A DNA stretch of 64,000 nucleotides. It comes from Heliobacteriaceae bacterium (GTDB lineage: Bacteria; Bacillota; Desulfitobacteriia; Heliobacteriales; Heliobacteriaceae). The stretch is from the NCBI GenBank assembly GCA_028707535.1, contig JAQWAU010000001.1:68514-132513 (forward strand), read 5' to 3'. Shown here piece by piece: positions 1 through 8,145 of the stretch. How positions within the stretch are numbered: position 1 is the first letter of the stretch; each line of letters opens with the position of its first letter. Both the position numbers and the translations under genes were made by a program. The notes below the pieces were generated by a model. It was given only the letters and a program-made list of their open reading frames with translations, was not told the DNA's origin and searched no databases.

Positions 1-270
1 ATGATAAAATGTTTTATCATGCCGGAACATAACATGCTCATCCCCCAGCTCGACCTCCTGGTCACCAGTCCCGATCTTGATCAACCGGATCGGTGGTGCC
101 GATGCGGAATCCAAGGTTTCCCGCGCCGCAGCCGAAACGTACGGACAGGAATCGAGGGTTGCTTTCCCGGAAGCCAGACTCATCGCAAACGCTAAACATG
201 TCGGTGGGCCACATTCGCCACAATTTTTTTTAGGCAATTGTTTGTAGATTTCGAGTCCCGTCAAAGCCAT
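1..270 (-). CDS. acsC: corrinoid iron-sulfur protein large subunit (AcsC/CdhE type), N-terminal 90 codons only; gene runs off the window edge
   Basis: Minus-strand ATG at 270 is preceded by AAGGAG. The translation MALTGLEIYKQLPKKNCGECGPPTCLAFAMSLASGKATLDSCPYVSAAARETLDSASAPPIRLIKIG... has the N-terminal Cys cluster and overall N-terminus typical of the CFeSP large subunit. It is absent from the ORF track because no stop lies in the window. Confidence 0.8.
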   Translation of the reverse strand, partial: MALTGLEIYKQLPKKNCGECGPPTCLAFAMSLASGKATLDSCPYVSAAARETLDSASAPPIRLIKIGTGDQEVELGDEHVMFRHDKTFYH

Positions 271-351
271 TCTTCTTTTTTTCTCCTTTCTGGTTGAGGT
301 ATCAGGAAATTAAATTGCTTTTACGTTAAAGGGGTAACGGTATAATCGCCC

Positions 352-1113
352 CTAAACCCCTACATAGGTAATCACTTGGGAATAAACTTCGTCTAAGGCA
401 GCTTCAATCTCCGGAACAGTGTCTCCACCTATTCCCATTGCTGCTTCCATGAGCCTTTCGTCAAAAGGGATGGTGCCTAAAACCTTGCCGGTAGGAAACA
501 AATGATGGATAAAGGCCTTTTCCCGATCATTCCGGATTTTGTTGGCCACAACCCCCAATCTTTGCACCCCCAGATCCTGAGCCAGTCCAATAACGGTCTG
601 CGCCGTGTTCACGCTTGCCCTAGTCGGTTCCGTTACGACAACAATTAAGTCTACCCCTTTAACCGTCCCCCGGGTCAAGTGTTCAATCCCGGCGCCCATA
701 TCCATTACCACCACATCTTTACTTTCCAAGAATAAATTGGCCACCAAGGCGTGCAAAAATGTGTTTTCCCGACAATAACAGGAAGAACCTCCTCGTTTAA
801 TCCCACCCATCCGGAAAAAATTAATCTTCCCATTGACCACGGTGTACCGTTCCAGAAAACTGTCGACCCGGGGATTCAAGCTGTAAAAAGCCCCGGTTCC
901 CCCAGTTTGCCGGGTAATCTCGTCGCGCATTTCAATTACCGGCTTTAACGCGGCTAGCTTGTCCTCAGCCAGATTCAAAGCTAACCCCAGACACGAATCC
1001 GGATCGGCATCAACCGCATATACAGTTGAATTTATCCCAGCAAAGCGTTTAATCAAGCCTGCGGCAACTGTCGTCTTCCCTACGCCACCTTTACCGGCCA
1101 CAGCTAGTTTCAT
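352..1113 (-). CDS. cooC: CooC/AcsF-family Ni-insertion ATPase (CO dehydrogenase/acetyl-CoA synthase maturation factor)
   Basis: MKLAVAGKGGVGKTT deviant Walker A of the MinD/ParA-like family, a CYCRE motif, length of 253 aa, and position directly upstream of acsC. Confidence 0.85.
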   Translation of the reverse strand: MKLAVAGKGGVGKTTVAAGLIKRFAGINSTVYAVDADPDSCLGLALNLAEDKLAALKPVIEMRDEITRQTGGTGAFYSLNPRVDSFLERYTVVNGKINFFRMGGIKRGGSSCYCRENTFLHALVANLFLESKDVVVMDMGAGIEHLTRGTVKGVDLIVVVTEPTRASVNTAQTVIGLAQDLGVQRLGVVANKIRNDREKAFIHHLFPTGKVLGTIPFDERLMEAAMGIGGDTVPEIEAALDEVYSQVITYVGV

Positions 1114-1223
1114 TCAGCACCATCCTTTAGTTTTATCATAAGCTTAAGGTTTCTACATCCTTAATTTTTTTTCCTGCTACCTTGTTTGAGAATTCCGAAA
1201 ATATTCTGAAATATCTGGCAAGG

Positions 1224-1261
1224 AAAAAAATAATAGCCCAGCAGTTATTTTACCTGCCGGG
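1224..1261 (-). terminator. intrinsic terminator after the alkaline-phosphatase-like gene
   Basis: On the minus strand, an 8-bp stem (cccggcag/ctgctggg, one G-U pair) is followed by a cuauuauuuuuuu tract. It starts 8 nt after the stop codon at 1269. Confidence 0.5.
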
Positions 1262-1268
1262 CCCAGGA

Positions 1269-2471
1269 TCAGTCAAACATTAAAAACCGTTTCCGGAGCA
1301 CAAAATATTCGACTAAGAAACCGATTACCGCAATAACGACAATTGCCCCAATCAGATAACGCTGCCACCGGACTTTTTGCTCCAGTGAGGCAATTGAGCG
1401 GTCCCGCTCTTCCGTTGTCGCCTGCATCAGGCTTTTTTGCTCCTGTAAATCAGCCACCCGGGCATCAATCGTTAATTTGTCTTCAGCCAAACGGTATGCG
1501 CCACGCGTCAACTCCAGGTTTTGCCGGCTCAAGTCTTTTACCCGCTTCTCATACAGTGTTTCTTGGTTTAAGTCCGGCCGGGGCAACAGGGCATTCCATA
1601 ACACATCCCCTTCCGCCTGGGCCGGCATTCGACAGCCACTTAAGTAAGCCAAAGTTGGGGATAGATCAATCATTCTGGCCGGTGGCAAAGTTATTCCGGC
1701 TTTTATTTTTGGCCCCCGCATAATGAATGGTAACAAAAGTTCCTTGTCTACAGTCCCTTCATCTTTTCCGTTAACAGCAATCCCATGTTCCGCGCTAACA
1801 ATCAGCAATGTGTCGTCATAAATGCCGGTCTCCTTAAGCAAGCCAACCCAACGGCTTACCTGCCGGTCGGTTTCGGTGATCGCTTTTAAGTAGGCCTGAC
1901 TGGCAGCCCCGTACATTTTAGCCGCCTGGGCAGGACCGGAAAAGACAACCAAAGTGGCGAAGGGCTTTAGGTTTTTCCATTGGGCCATTCCCTGGTCTGA
2001 CAGCCCTTGGTCAGTCGCATCGGCGACCAAGACTTTATGTTTAAAGCCGGCAAAAGCCGGAGTCAAGTTTTCAGCATCATTGGCCACTACCAGGGTACTT
2101 AAGCCTTGATTTGAAAATACCTGAAACACCGATTCACCTTGTGTTTTTTGGCTTTCCGGTGAACTGTACCGGCCAGGGGTGGCCCCCGTAACCAACGCGG
2201 CTAGAGCTTCCGGATTAACTGGGGGATAAACACCGACCAGCCGGTCTATTTTAACACTCTCTTTTGCCAGTTCGTTAAATGTCGGCGTGTAGGTCTGCCG
2301 CATTGCTTCCCAGCCAACCCCCGAATTTACCAAAACCAGGATATGTTTTACCGGGCGTAAAGCCTTATCCTCTTCCGGTAATCCCCCTTCCGGATTTGCT
2401 TGGGTCGGACCGGCCCAAAGCACAAAACTAAGGACAACTGCCACCAGCAAACTGAGTCGATACCTCTTCAT
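1269..2471 (-). CDS. exported alkaline-phosphatase/phosphodiesterase-superfamily protein with C-terminal coiled coil and TM anchor
   Basis: The start is taken at the internal ATG (MKRYRLSLLVAVVLSFVLWAG..., signal peptide) preceded by AGGAGG. The ...LLIVSAEHGI... block resembles the SDHG block of type I phosphodiesterases. The C-terminus has heptad-like LQEQKSL...LEQKV followed by the hydrophobic stretch IGAIVVIAVIGFLVEYFVL. Confidence 0.6.
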   Translation of the reverse strand: MKRYRLSLLVAVVLSFVLWAGPTQANPEGGLPEEDKALRPVKHILVLVNSGVGWEAMRQTYTPTFNELAKESVKIDRLVGVYPPVNPEALAALVTGATPGRYSSPESQKTQGESVFQVFSNQGLSTLVVANDAENLTPAFAGFKHKVLVADATDQGLSDQGMAQWKNLKPFATLVVFSGPAQAAKMYGAASQAYLKAITETDRQVSRWVGLLKETGIYDDTLLIVSAEHGIAVNGKDEGTVDKELLLPFIMRGPKIKAGITLPPARMIDLSPTLAYLSGCRMPAQAEGDVLWNALLPRPDLNQETLYEKRVKDLSRQNLELTRGAYRLAEDKLTIDARVADLQEQKSLMQATTEERDRSIASLEQKVRWQRYLIGAIVVIAVIGFLVEYFVLRKRFLMFD

Positions 2472-2553
2472 ACACCTTCCTCCTGCCCCTTGTCCAATTC
2501 CTCTGGTGCATATATATGGGTTGCAGGTCAGGCATATGAATGAAAAATACCGT

Positions 2554-3639
2554 TCAGCTGGCAAACTTCCCTGTAAAAAGCCCCGTCAGTTCAGCTAAAC
2601 ACCGGTAGACCGCTTCAGCAGTTTCTACCGGTAAGGTGCCGGTGCCACATGCCGGGGTAAAGACGGTTTGGCTTAGCAGCAAATCTACCGGTACGCCACG
2701 CTTACCAAGCTGTTGAACACCCGCTTCGTATCGTTTCAGCAAAGAAGCCCCCGACTCTTGAAATACGGCCTCCTGGGTAGGAACAATCCCCCAAGCCAAA
2801 AATCCACCCTGCCGCAAAAAAGCGGTAATCTCTGCCGGGTAAACAGCCAGGCTGGCAAAATAGCTATAGGCATCGAAATTAATTATCTCGGCGCGGGACT
2901 GTAACAGCACCCCCCAATCGGTACCGGCACATACGTGGACACCGGCGACGGCATTGTGCCGGTGCAAGGCGTCCACAACCTCATTGATATCAGCCACAAC
3001 TTCCGTCGGGTTTAAGGTGATGTGTGTTGACGATCCCAAAGCGTACATTCCGGGTTCATCGATAAAAATTATTACCGGATACCCCAGCCGGCCTAGATCC
3101 CGGGCCTGCCACGCTGCCTGTAAGGCGGCATTTTTCACCACCACATCTTTTAATTGGGGATCGTAATAAGCAGACCGGCGCCGCCGGTCACACAACTGGA
3201 GCCCGAGCGTAACCGGTCCGGTCAACTGCCCTTTGATATAGGCAGGCGTAACCGGCCATTGTCTATTTTCAAATGTGGCCACCAAAGCATAATAACCGGC
3301 AGCATTTTTGGCTGGGAAAGCGTACCCGGCCAAAGAGGCAGGATCTTCTTCGGCGGCTAGAAATTGTTCATAAAACCGGGCCAAAGCCTCAGGAAACTTT
3401 TCATCCGCCGGGTCGATGTAAGCGGAACGCCCTGGCTCCCGGTTTAATAATCCCGCTTGGTCCAAAGGAGCCAAGTACTGCTCAATCAACCCCTCGGTAG
3501 CATTATACCCCGGCATTTGCGGCCAATGGGGGATGGCCGGGCAATGTTTTGCAATCATCTGTAAGGCTTGCCCCACATCCCGGCCCGGCACACTGCCGAT
3601 ACCTGTCGCCAAGCCGTTAATCGGCAAATTTGGTCTCAT
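2554..3639 (-). CDS. MetE C-terminal-domain-like (cobalamin-independent methionine synthase family) Zn-dependent methyltransferase
   Basis: The blocks IFIDEPGM, GVHVCAG (H-x-C) and TPACGTG match the Zn-ligand and substrate blocks of the Meth_synt_2 family. The start is taken at ATG 3639 (MRPNLPING...), 1 nt after the stop of the zinc-ribbon gene. Confidence 0.6.
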   Translation of the reverse strand: MRPNLPINGLATGIGSVPGRDVGQALQMIAKHCPAIPHWPQMPGYNATEGLIEQYLAPLDQAGLLNREPGRSAYIDPADEKFPEALARFYEQFLAAEEDPASLAGYAFPAKNAAGYYALVATFENRQWPVTPAYIKGQLTGPVTLGLQLCDRRRRSAYYDPQLKDVVVKNAALQAAWQARDLGRLGYPVIIFIDEPGMYALGSSTHITLNPTEVVADINEVVDALHRHNAVAGVHVCAGTDWGVLLQSRAEIINFDAYSYFASLAVYPAEITAFLRQGGFLAWGIVPTQEAVFQESGASLLKRYEAGVQQLGKRGVPVDLLLSQTVFTPACGTGTLPVETAEAVYRCLAELTGLFTGKFAS

Positions 3640-3640
3640 T

Positions 3641-3877
3641 TTACCGGGCCCCCGGACAGCAAGCTGCTCCGGGACAACCGCAGCCTCCGGCACCCGAAAA
3701 CCCGCAACTACCAGAGCCACATTCAGGGGTAGAACGCCCGACAAAAAACCCCGAAATTAAAACTTTCGGCTTCACCTGGCCGCACTTAGGGCAAACTACC
3801 TCCTCACGACGCGCATAAGGAACCAGATCTGAAAACTGGTGACCACAATGGGTACATTCAAAGTCGAACGTAGGCAT
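3641..3877 (-). CDS. FmdB-family zinc-ribbon protein
   Basis: MPTFDFECTHCGHQFSDLV...VVCPKCG has the CxxC...CxxC zinc ribbon with the typical FmdB N-terminus, followed by a Gly/Cys-rich tail. Confidence 0.75.
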   Translation of the reverse strand: MPTFDFECTHCGHQFSDLVPYARREEVVCPKCGQVKPKVLISGFFVGRSTPECGSGSCGFSGAGGCGCPGAACCPGAR

Positions 3878-3895
3878 AGCCCGGCACCTTCTCCT

Positions 3896-4240
3896 TTACG
3901 ATGATTTTGTTAGTCCACGATCTTCTTCCACTACCAATGGTTGGTCTATACCCAGTATTTCTTCAATCGCGGCAATGCGGGCAGCCAAAGCTTCATATTC
4001 TTTACGGGTTACCACCCCAAACTCACCCCGAAATCGAGTGAATTCCACGTGGGCAGCATCAGCAATCGCTTCGCGTTGTTCCCGTCCTTTTTCCAAAAAT
4101 TCATCGACCATTTTTCCGGCGTCTTCTTTACTGACCTCCCCCTTTTTGGCCAGTTCATCCACCAATTGTTCCGCCTTTTCCTTCGTAAGGGTCAAAGCTC
4201 CTAAGCCAACCAGAAAAGTCTTCCGCAAGGTTTCCAACAT
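3896..4240 (-). CDS. phasin-like / polyhydroxyalkanoate-synthesis-regulator-like helical protein
   Basis: The N-terminus LRKTFLVGLGALTLTKEKAEQLVDELAKKGEVS and C-terminus ...VVTRKEYEALAARIAAIE fit the COG3937-type family pattern. Confidence 0.6.
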   Translation of the reverse strand: MLETLRKTFLVGLGALTLTKEKAEQLVDELAKKGEVSKEDAGKMVDEFLEKGREQREAIADAAHVEFTRFRGEFGVVTRKEYEALAARIAAIEEILGIDQPLVVEEDRGLTKSS

Positions 4241-4261
4241 GCTATTACCCTCCTCCCCATT

Positions 4262-5104
4262 TTAGAGCGGCGCGAATATTACCCCAATCGCTCCGGGACC
4301 GACATGAGTGGCAATCACCGGTCCCACAGCATGAACCGTAGGCTTTGCAGCAGGAACCATTGAGCTAAGTAACTCCCGCATCGCCAAGGCTTCTTCCCGG
4401 GCACCGATATGGGCAACCGCCACCCTTAAAGGACCGGCTTCCCCCCACTTTTGCCGAAAATACTCGGCGATCCGCAACATAGCCCGCTTCCGGGTCCGAA
4501 TTTTCTCGAACACCTCAACTTTTCCCGCATTTAAGTATAAGATCGGTTTGATCTGCAGAAAAGAACCAAATAAAGCTTGCGCCCCACCGATCCGCCCACC
4601 CTTGTAAAGGTGTTCTAAGGAATCAACCATGAAAAAAAGGGCATGTTGGTCCCGCACGCGGATGATTTCCTGTGTTATCTCCGCTTCGGTTCCACCCTGG
4701 TCAATTACTTGCCGGGCGGTTTCCAGTTGAAATAGAAGCCCTGGAATAGTAGAAAGTGAATCGATCACATGAATCCGTCGCCCGGGTAAAGTCCGTGCAG
4801 CCATTAAAGCGGCTTGATAAGTCCCGCTGAGAACAGATGACATGTGCAAGGAAAACACGGCCCCACCATTGGCCGTTAAGCGTTCATATTGGGTAACAAA
4901 TTCGGCAACCGGTGGTTGCGAGGTGGTTGGCAGTTGCCGAATTGTTCGAAGTAGCTGGGCGAATTCTTCCGGATCTTTTTCATTGTCCAGAAAAACGTCA
5001 TTACCGGCAATAACCCTTAACGGCACCACGGTACACCGTAATGTTTCCAATTCTCCGGCAGTTAAATATGCTGTACTATCGGTAACTAAATAAATATCCG
5101 TCAA
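4262..5104 (-). CDS. DegV family fatty-acid-binding protein
   Basis: IYLVTDSTAYL..., LPTTSQP, KGGRIG and other blocks characteristic of DegV; 280 aa. Confidence 0.85.
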   Translation of the reverse strand: MTDIYLVTDSTAYLTAGELETLRCTVVPLRVIAGNDVFLDNEKDPEEFAQLLRTIRQLPTTSQPPVAEFVTQYERLTANGGAVFSLHMSSVLSGTYQAALMAARTLPGRRIHVIDSLSTIPGLLFQLETARQVIDQGGTEAEITQEIIRVRDQHALFFMVDSLEHLYKGGRIGGAQALFGSFLQIKPILYLNAGKVEVFEKIRTRKRAMLRIAEYFRQKWGEAGPLRVAVAHIGAREEALAMRELLSSMVPAAKPTVHAVGPVIATHVGPGAIGVIFAPL

Positions 5105-5180
5105 GCTTTCACCAGACCTTCCCCGAAGATTCCCTCATCATTATATCAGTTACACCGGCGAAACAACCCACCTATGTACG

Positions 5181-5204
5181 AAAAACCGGGCTTAATAAGC
5201 CCGG
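5181..5204 (-). terminator. intrinsic terminator
   Basis: On the minus strand, ccgggcuuauuaagcccgg is followed by uuuuucg. It lies just downstream of the small ORF 5222..5347. Confidence 0.6.
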
Positions 5205-5221
5205 CCCCCTTGCTGTTTACC

Positions 5222-5347
5222 CTAAAAATAGCCGTGCCGTTTTCTTTTTAACAAGATCATCCCGGCATACATTGCCACCGGGATAGTCACAGCGTGCAAA
5301 GCAAACCAACCGGCTTGCCCGAACTCAAAACCGGTGTCGTGAACCAT
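5222..5347 (-). CDS. candidate 41-aa membrane peptide
   Basis: The ORF encodes MVHDTGFEFGQAGWFALHAVTIPVAMYAGMILLKRKRHGYF, one hydrophobic helix plus a basic tail. It is bracketed by two minus-strand terminators. The SD is weak (AGGA). It is below the ORF-track size cut-off. Confidence 0.3.
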   Translation of the reverse strand: MVHDTGFEFGQAGWFALHAVTIPVAMYAGMILLKRKRHGYF

Positions 5348-5450
5348 AGTTTTTTCCTGGCGTCCCCACACACGCGTTCCCTCCTTTCCATCCTTCTTTG
5401 TATTAGTTTGGATGGGGAAAACACAAATATCCCCGGAGAAGGATGGAAAG

Positions 5451-5474
5451 AAAAAAGACGGCCTTGTCGCCGTC
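5451..5474 (-). terminator. intrinsic terminator after tRNA-Leu
   Basis: On the minus strand, gacggcgacaaggccguc is followed by uuuuuucuuu. It starts 13 nt after the tRNA 3' end. Confidence 0.65.
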
Positions 5475-5486
5475 TGTCATTCACTA

Positions 5487-5573
5487 TGGTGCGGTCGAGA
5501 GGACTTGAACCTCCACAGCCTTGCGACCACTAGAACCTGAATCTAGCGCGTCTGCCAATTCCGCCACGACCGC
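5487..5573 (-). tRNA. tRNA-Leu (anticodon CAG), class II with long variable arm, CCA encoded
   Basis: The reverse complement gcggtcgtggcggaattggcagacgcgctagattCAGgttctagtggtcgcaaggctgtggaggttcaagtcctctcgaccgcacca folds as a cloverleaf, with anticodon loop ttCAGgt and T-loop ggttcaagtcc. Confidence 0.9.
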
Positions 5574-5608
5574 CCGGTAGTCCGGCACTTCTCGTGCGAA
5601 CATTTTGT

Positions 5609-5637
5609 ATTATAGCAATGTCCTCGCAAACAGTCAA
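5609..5637 (-). promoter_or_regulatory. sigmaA-type promoter for tRNA-Leu
   Basis: Minus strand reads TTGACT, 17 nt, TATAAT, about 35 nt upstream of the tRNA 5' end. Confidence 0.6.
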
Positions 5638-5657
5638 GAGGAGTAGCCGGCGAATTT

Positions 5658-6650
5658 TCACCCCCCATCAAACCCCATTGTCTTCAACACCTGTTCGTCA
5701 AGGATCCCATTTTCATCAAAACCATGTTCTTTCTGGAGAGCTCTGACCGCTTCTTCGGTCGACGGGCCGAAACGGCCATCCGCCAAACCCTGTAAATACC
5801 CCATTTCCTGTAGCCGATACTGCAGATAAACAATATCCTGCCCCATTTCTCCCCGCCGGTATTGCCGTTTGTGAAGCGAAACCAGGGCTGAATTAATCAC
5901 CTTTACCGTAGTGCCAAGCGGAACCCAGGAATACAATTCCTCAACATCTTTTTTGTGCATGCGAAAACAGCCATGACTTTGAGTTTTACCGACAGACCAG
6001 GGCTTGTTCGTCCCGTGGATCCCGTAAATCCCCCAAGGCACATTTAAACCAAACCAGCGACTCCCAAAACCACCACCCCAACCTTTTTGCTTATCGGCAA
6101 TCTTCCATTCCCCGACAGGAGACGGTGTTTTGGCCCGTCCGGTGGCTACCGGATACGTTTTATATAATTGACCATCGGCAAAAAGGGATAAGCTGTGTTT
6201 TTGCAGATCAATTAAAATTGAGAGCGCCGCTTTAGGATGTGGCGCTGATGTTTTTGCGTTCGTAAATTGCTCACCGACGACAATGCTATCCAATAATGGC
6301 CACATTTCTGCGGAAATGCAGCCATCAGCCGGCAACCCTTTAGCTATTTGCCACCTATTTACAGCCTCAACGACTTGCTGGCCGTAAATACCATCAACCG
6401 GGCCATCGTAAAATCCCAGTTCCTTTAAACGTTCCTGGAGGTCTTCTACATCCGGGCCCTTGACCGGTGGAATCGCCGGATACAATGGCCGTTCCTGGTC
6501 ACAGCAAAAGACGGTAAATGTTTCCACATCGCCAGCAACTTTGCCGGCATTCCCCAGCCACCAGATTGCCCAAACGAGGATACCGGCCATCACAAAGAAA
6601 ATGGTACCGGCAAGCCAGCGATATGGGCGAAGATTAAACGTCCAAAACAT
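5658..6650 (-). CDS. L,D-transpeptidase (YkuD domain) flanked by two peptidoglycan-binding (PG_binding_1) domains
   Basis: The YkuD catalytic block ...HGTN...SHGCFRM is present. PG-binding repeats LQERLKELGFYDGPVDGIYG and LQYRLQEMGYLQGLADGRFG are also present. The start is placed at ATG 6650 (GAAGGGGA SD), because the longest ORF would leave only 14 nt to the divergent neighbour. Confidence 0.8.
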   Translation of the reverse strand: MFWTFNLRPYRWLAGTIFFVMAGILVWAIWWLGNAGKVAGDVETFTVFCCDQERPLYPAIPPVKGPDVEDLQERLKELGFYDGPVDGIYGQQVVEAVNRWQIAKGLPADGCISAEMWPLLDSIVVGEQFTNAKTSAPHPKAALSILIDLQKHSLSLFADGQLYKTYPVATGRAKTPSPVGEWKIADKQKGWGGGFGSRWFGLNVPWGIYGIHGTNKPWSVGKTQSHGCFRMHKKDVEELYSWVPLGTTVKVINSALVSLHKRQYRRGEMGQDIVYLQYRLQEMGYLQGLADGRFGPSTEEAVRALQKEHGFDENGILDEQVLKTMGFDGG

Positions 6651-6745
6651 GCCCGTCCCCTTCCCCAGTTTAAAATTCACCTTATTCATACGCACCCTTT
6701 GGCAACCGTATGATCAAAAAGATGGATTGGGGGAGGGGAACGGTA

Positions 6746-7711
6746 GTGAACGGAAGGCTGTACCGGAAAATATTACTTGTTGGACTGCTTTTGCCTGTCC
6801 TGTTTCTACTGATGATTGGAAATTGGTATTATTTCCGGACCCAATTTAGCAATCTACAGTTTCTGCTGCAACTCGCCCAAAGGCCTAATTTAGATTCCAG
6901 CATCCCGGTACCGGACTACCAACCGTTGCAAGACCGGATTCAAGAACGTTTGCCGGCTTATGGGGGCGATTATGGCATTTATGTCGAAGATCTGCTAACC
7001 GGTTCCCGGTTTGGCATCCGGGACACCCAGCCCTTTCCTGCCGCCAGCATCGCAAAAGTACCCCTAGTGCTGTTTGTTTACGCCCTCGCTATTGACGGCC
7101 GGATTGACCTGGAAGAAAAGCTCACCCTCACCCGGTCCGATCTGGAACCCGGAGCAGGCGGTCTCAAAAATCAACCCCTAGGAAGCACTTATTCCCTGCG
7201 CCAATTAGCCAAATACTGCCTCGAAGACAGTGACAACACCGCAACCAAAATGTTAATGCGCCGGGTTGGTCGCACCAATTTTTACGTTTTCCTACGGATC
7301 ACCGGTGCCCAAGTGATTCCACTAGGGCCTGGTAAAGATAGTCTGACGTGCGCCCGGGATACCGGCCTTTATCTAAAAGGAATCTGGGTCTTGCAGCAAC
7401 TGCATCCGGATTACGGCCGAGAAATTATGCAAAACCTGATTAACAGTAAATATAACGACCGGATTCCCGCCGGCATCCCGGACGATATTAAGGTGGCAAA
7501 TAAAACCGGCTGGCAAACCGGCATAATCAACGATGCCGCCATTGTTTTACTAACCGGCCGGCCGTATATATTGGTGGTATTAAGCCACCATACCCAGGAG
7601 AAACAAGCAATCACCGCCATTAATTTCATCTCAAGAATCGTGTTTCAGTTTCAACAGTCCCACCGGATTAAACCCAACCCATTCATCAACTGGGCGGAGT
7701 TAACCACCTAA
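6746..7711 (+). CDS. class A beta-lactamase-like serine hydrolase (membrane-anchored)
   Basis: The translation carries AASIAKV (SxxK), SDN and KTG motifs in class-A order. The start is placed at GTG 6746 behind GGGAGGGGA; the ORF itself opens at 6710. Confidence 0.75.
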   Translation: MNGRLYRKILLVGLLLPVLFLLMIGNWYYFRTQFSNLQFLLQLAQRPNLDSSIPVPDYQPLQDRIQERLPAYGGDYGIYVEDLLTGSRFGIRDTQPFPAASIAKVPLVLFVYALAIDGRIDLEEKLTLTRSDLEPGAGGLKNQPLGSTYSLRQLAKYCLEDSDNTATKMLMRRVGRTNFYVFLRITGAQVIPLGPGKDSLTCARDTGLYLKGIWVLQQLHPDYGREIMQNLINSKYNDRIPAGIPDDIKVANKTGWQTGIINDAAIVLLTGRPYILVVLSHHTQEKQAITAINFISRIVFQFQQSHRIKPNPFINWAELTT

Positions 7712-7798
7712 TAGTAATTTATTGGCACCACTGCATTTTTTTCGCATACGATGTAATGAAAACGCTGCCACTACTTGATGGAAAGGAGTGCTCCTGCA

Positions 7799-7900
7799 AT
7801 GGGTCATGGGTTTGGTGGTCTTCGCAATGTAGCAGGCTTGGTAATCGCCTTAATTGTTATCGGCGCTTTCTTCCCCGAGCTTTTTGGGTGCTGTGACTAA
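7799..7900 (+). CDS. 33-aa tiny transmembrane peptide (YjcZ/tiny_TM-like)
   Basis: ATG is preceded by GGAAAGGAG. The peptide is MGHGFGGLRNVAGLVIALIVIGAFFPELFGCCD. It is below the ORF-track size cut-off. Confidence 0.5.
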   Translation: MGHGFGGLRNVAGLVIALIVIGAFFPELFGCCD

Positions 7901-7927
7901 ATAGTTTTTTTGGGAAGGAGGATTGCG

Positions 7928-8029
7928 ATGAGCAATAGAAACTACGGCATGTGCTCAAACGACATTATTGCCCTGGCGATCCTGATTATTATCATTGCCC
8001 TTCTAGGCACCGGGGTATCTTGCCGATAG
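7928..8029 (+). CDS. 33-aa tiny transmembrane peptide, tandem to the previous one
   Basis: ATG is preceded by GGGAAGGAGG. The peptide is MSNRNYGMCSNDIIALAILIIIIALLGTGVSCR. A stem-loop (gcggtggg...cccaccgc) follows at about 8076-8110. Confidence 0.5.
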   Translation: MSNRNYGMCSNDIIALAILIIIIALLGTGVSCR

Positions 8030-8145
8030 TTAGCACACCAATCTAACTGAACGGAGATAAGGCGACTTTAACCACCGGCGGTGGGTTGCTAGCTAGTGGT
8101 AGCCCACCGCTTTGAAAAAAAAGAGTCAAGGGACAGGCCCCTAAC

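Noticed and set aside
1-195. 64-aa plus-strand ORF at the window start
   Set aside because: It lies antisense to a sequence that translates on the minus strand into an unmistakable AcsC (CFeSP large subunit) N-terminus. It is a shadow ORF.
1269-2564. Longest-ORF N-terminal extensions (also 2554-3744, 26029-26610, 23160-23975, 36786-38645, 13737-14684, 48181-48675, 12133-12441)
   Set aside because: Internal starts with proper SD sequences, family-typical N-termini, overlaps with upstream genes or an embedded terminator (cheR) show that the extensions are not translated. Coordinates were trimmed accordingly.
5287-5533. 65-aa (-) and 79-aa (+) ORFs around 5.3-5.5 kb
   Set aside because: They overlap tRNA-Leu and its terminator. 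Only the short 41-codon frame downstream was kept, as a low-confidence candidate.
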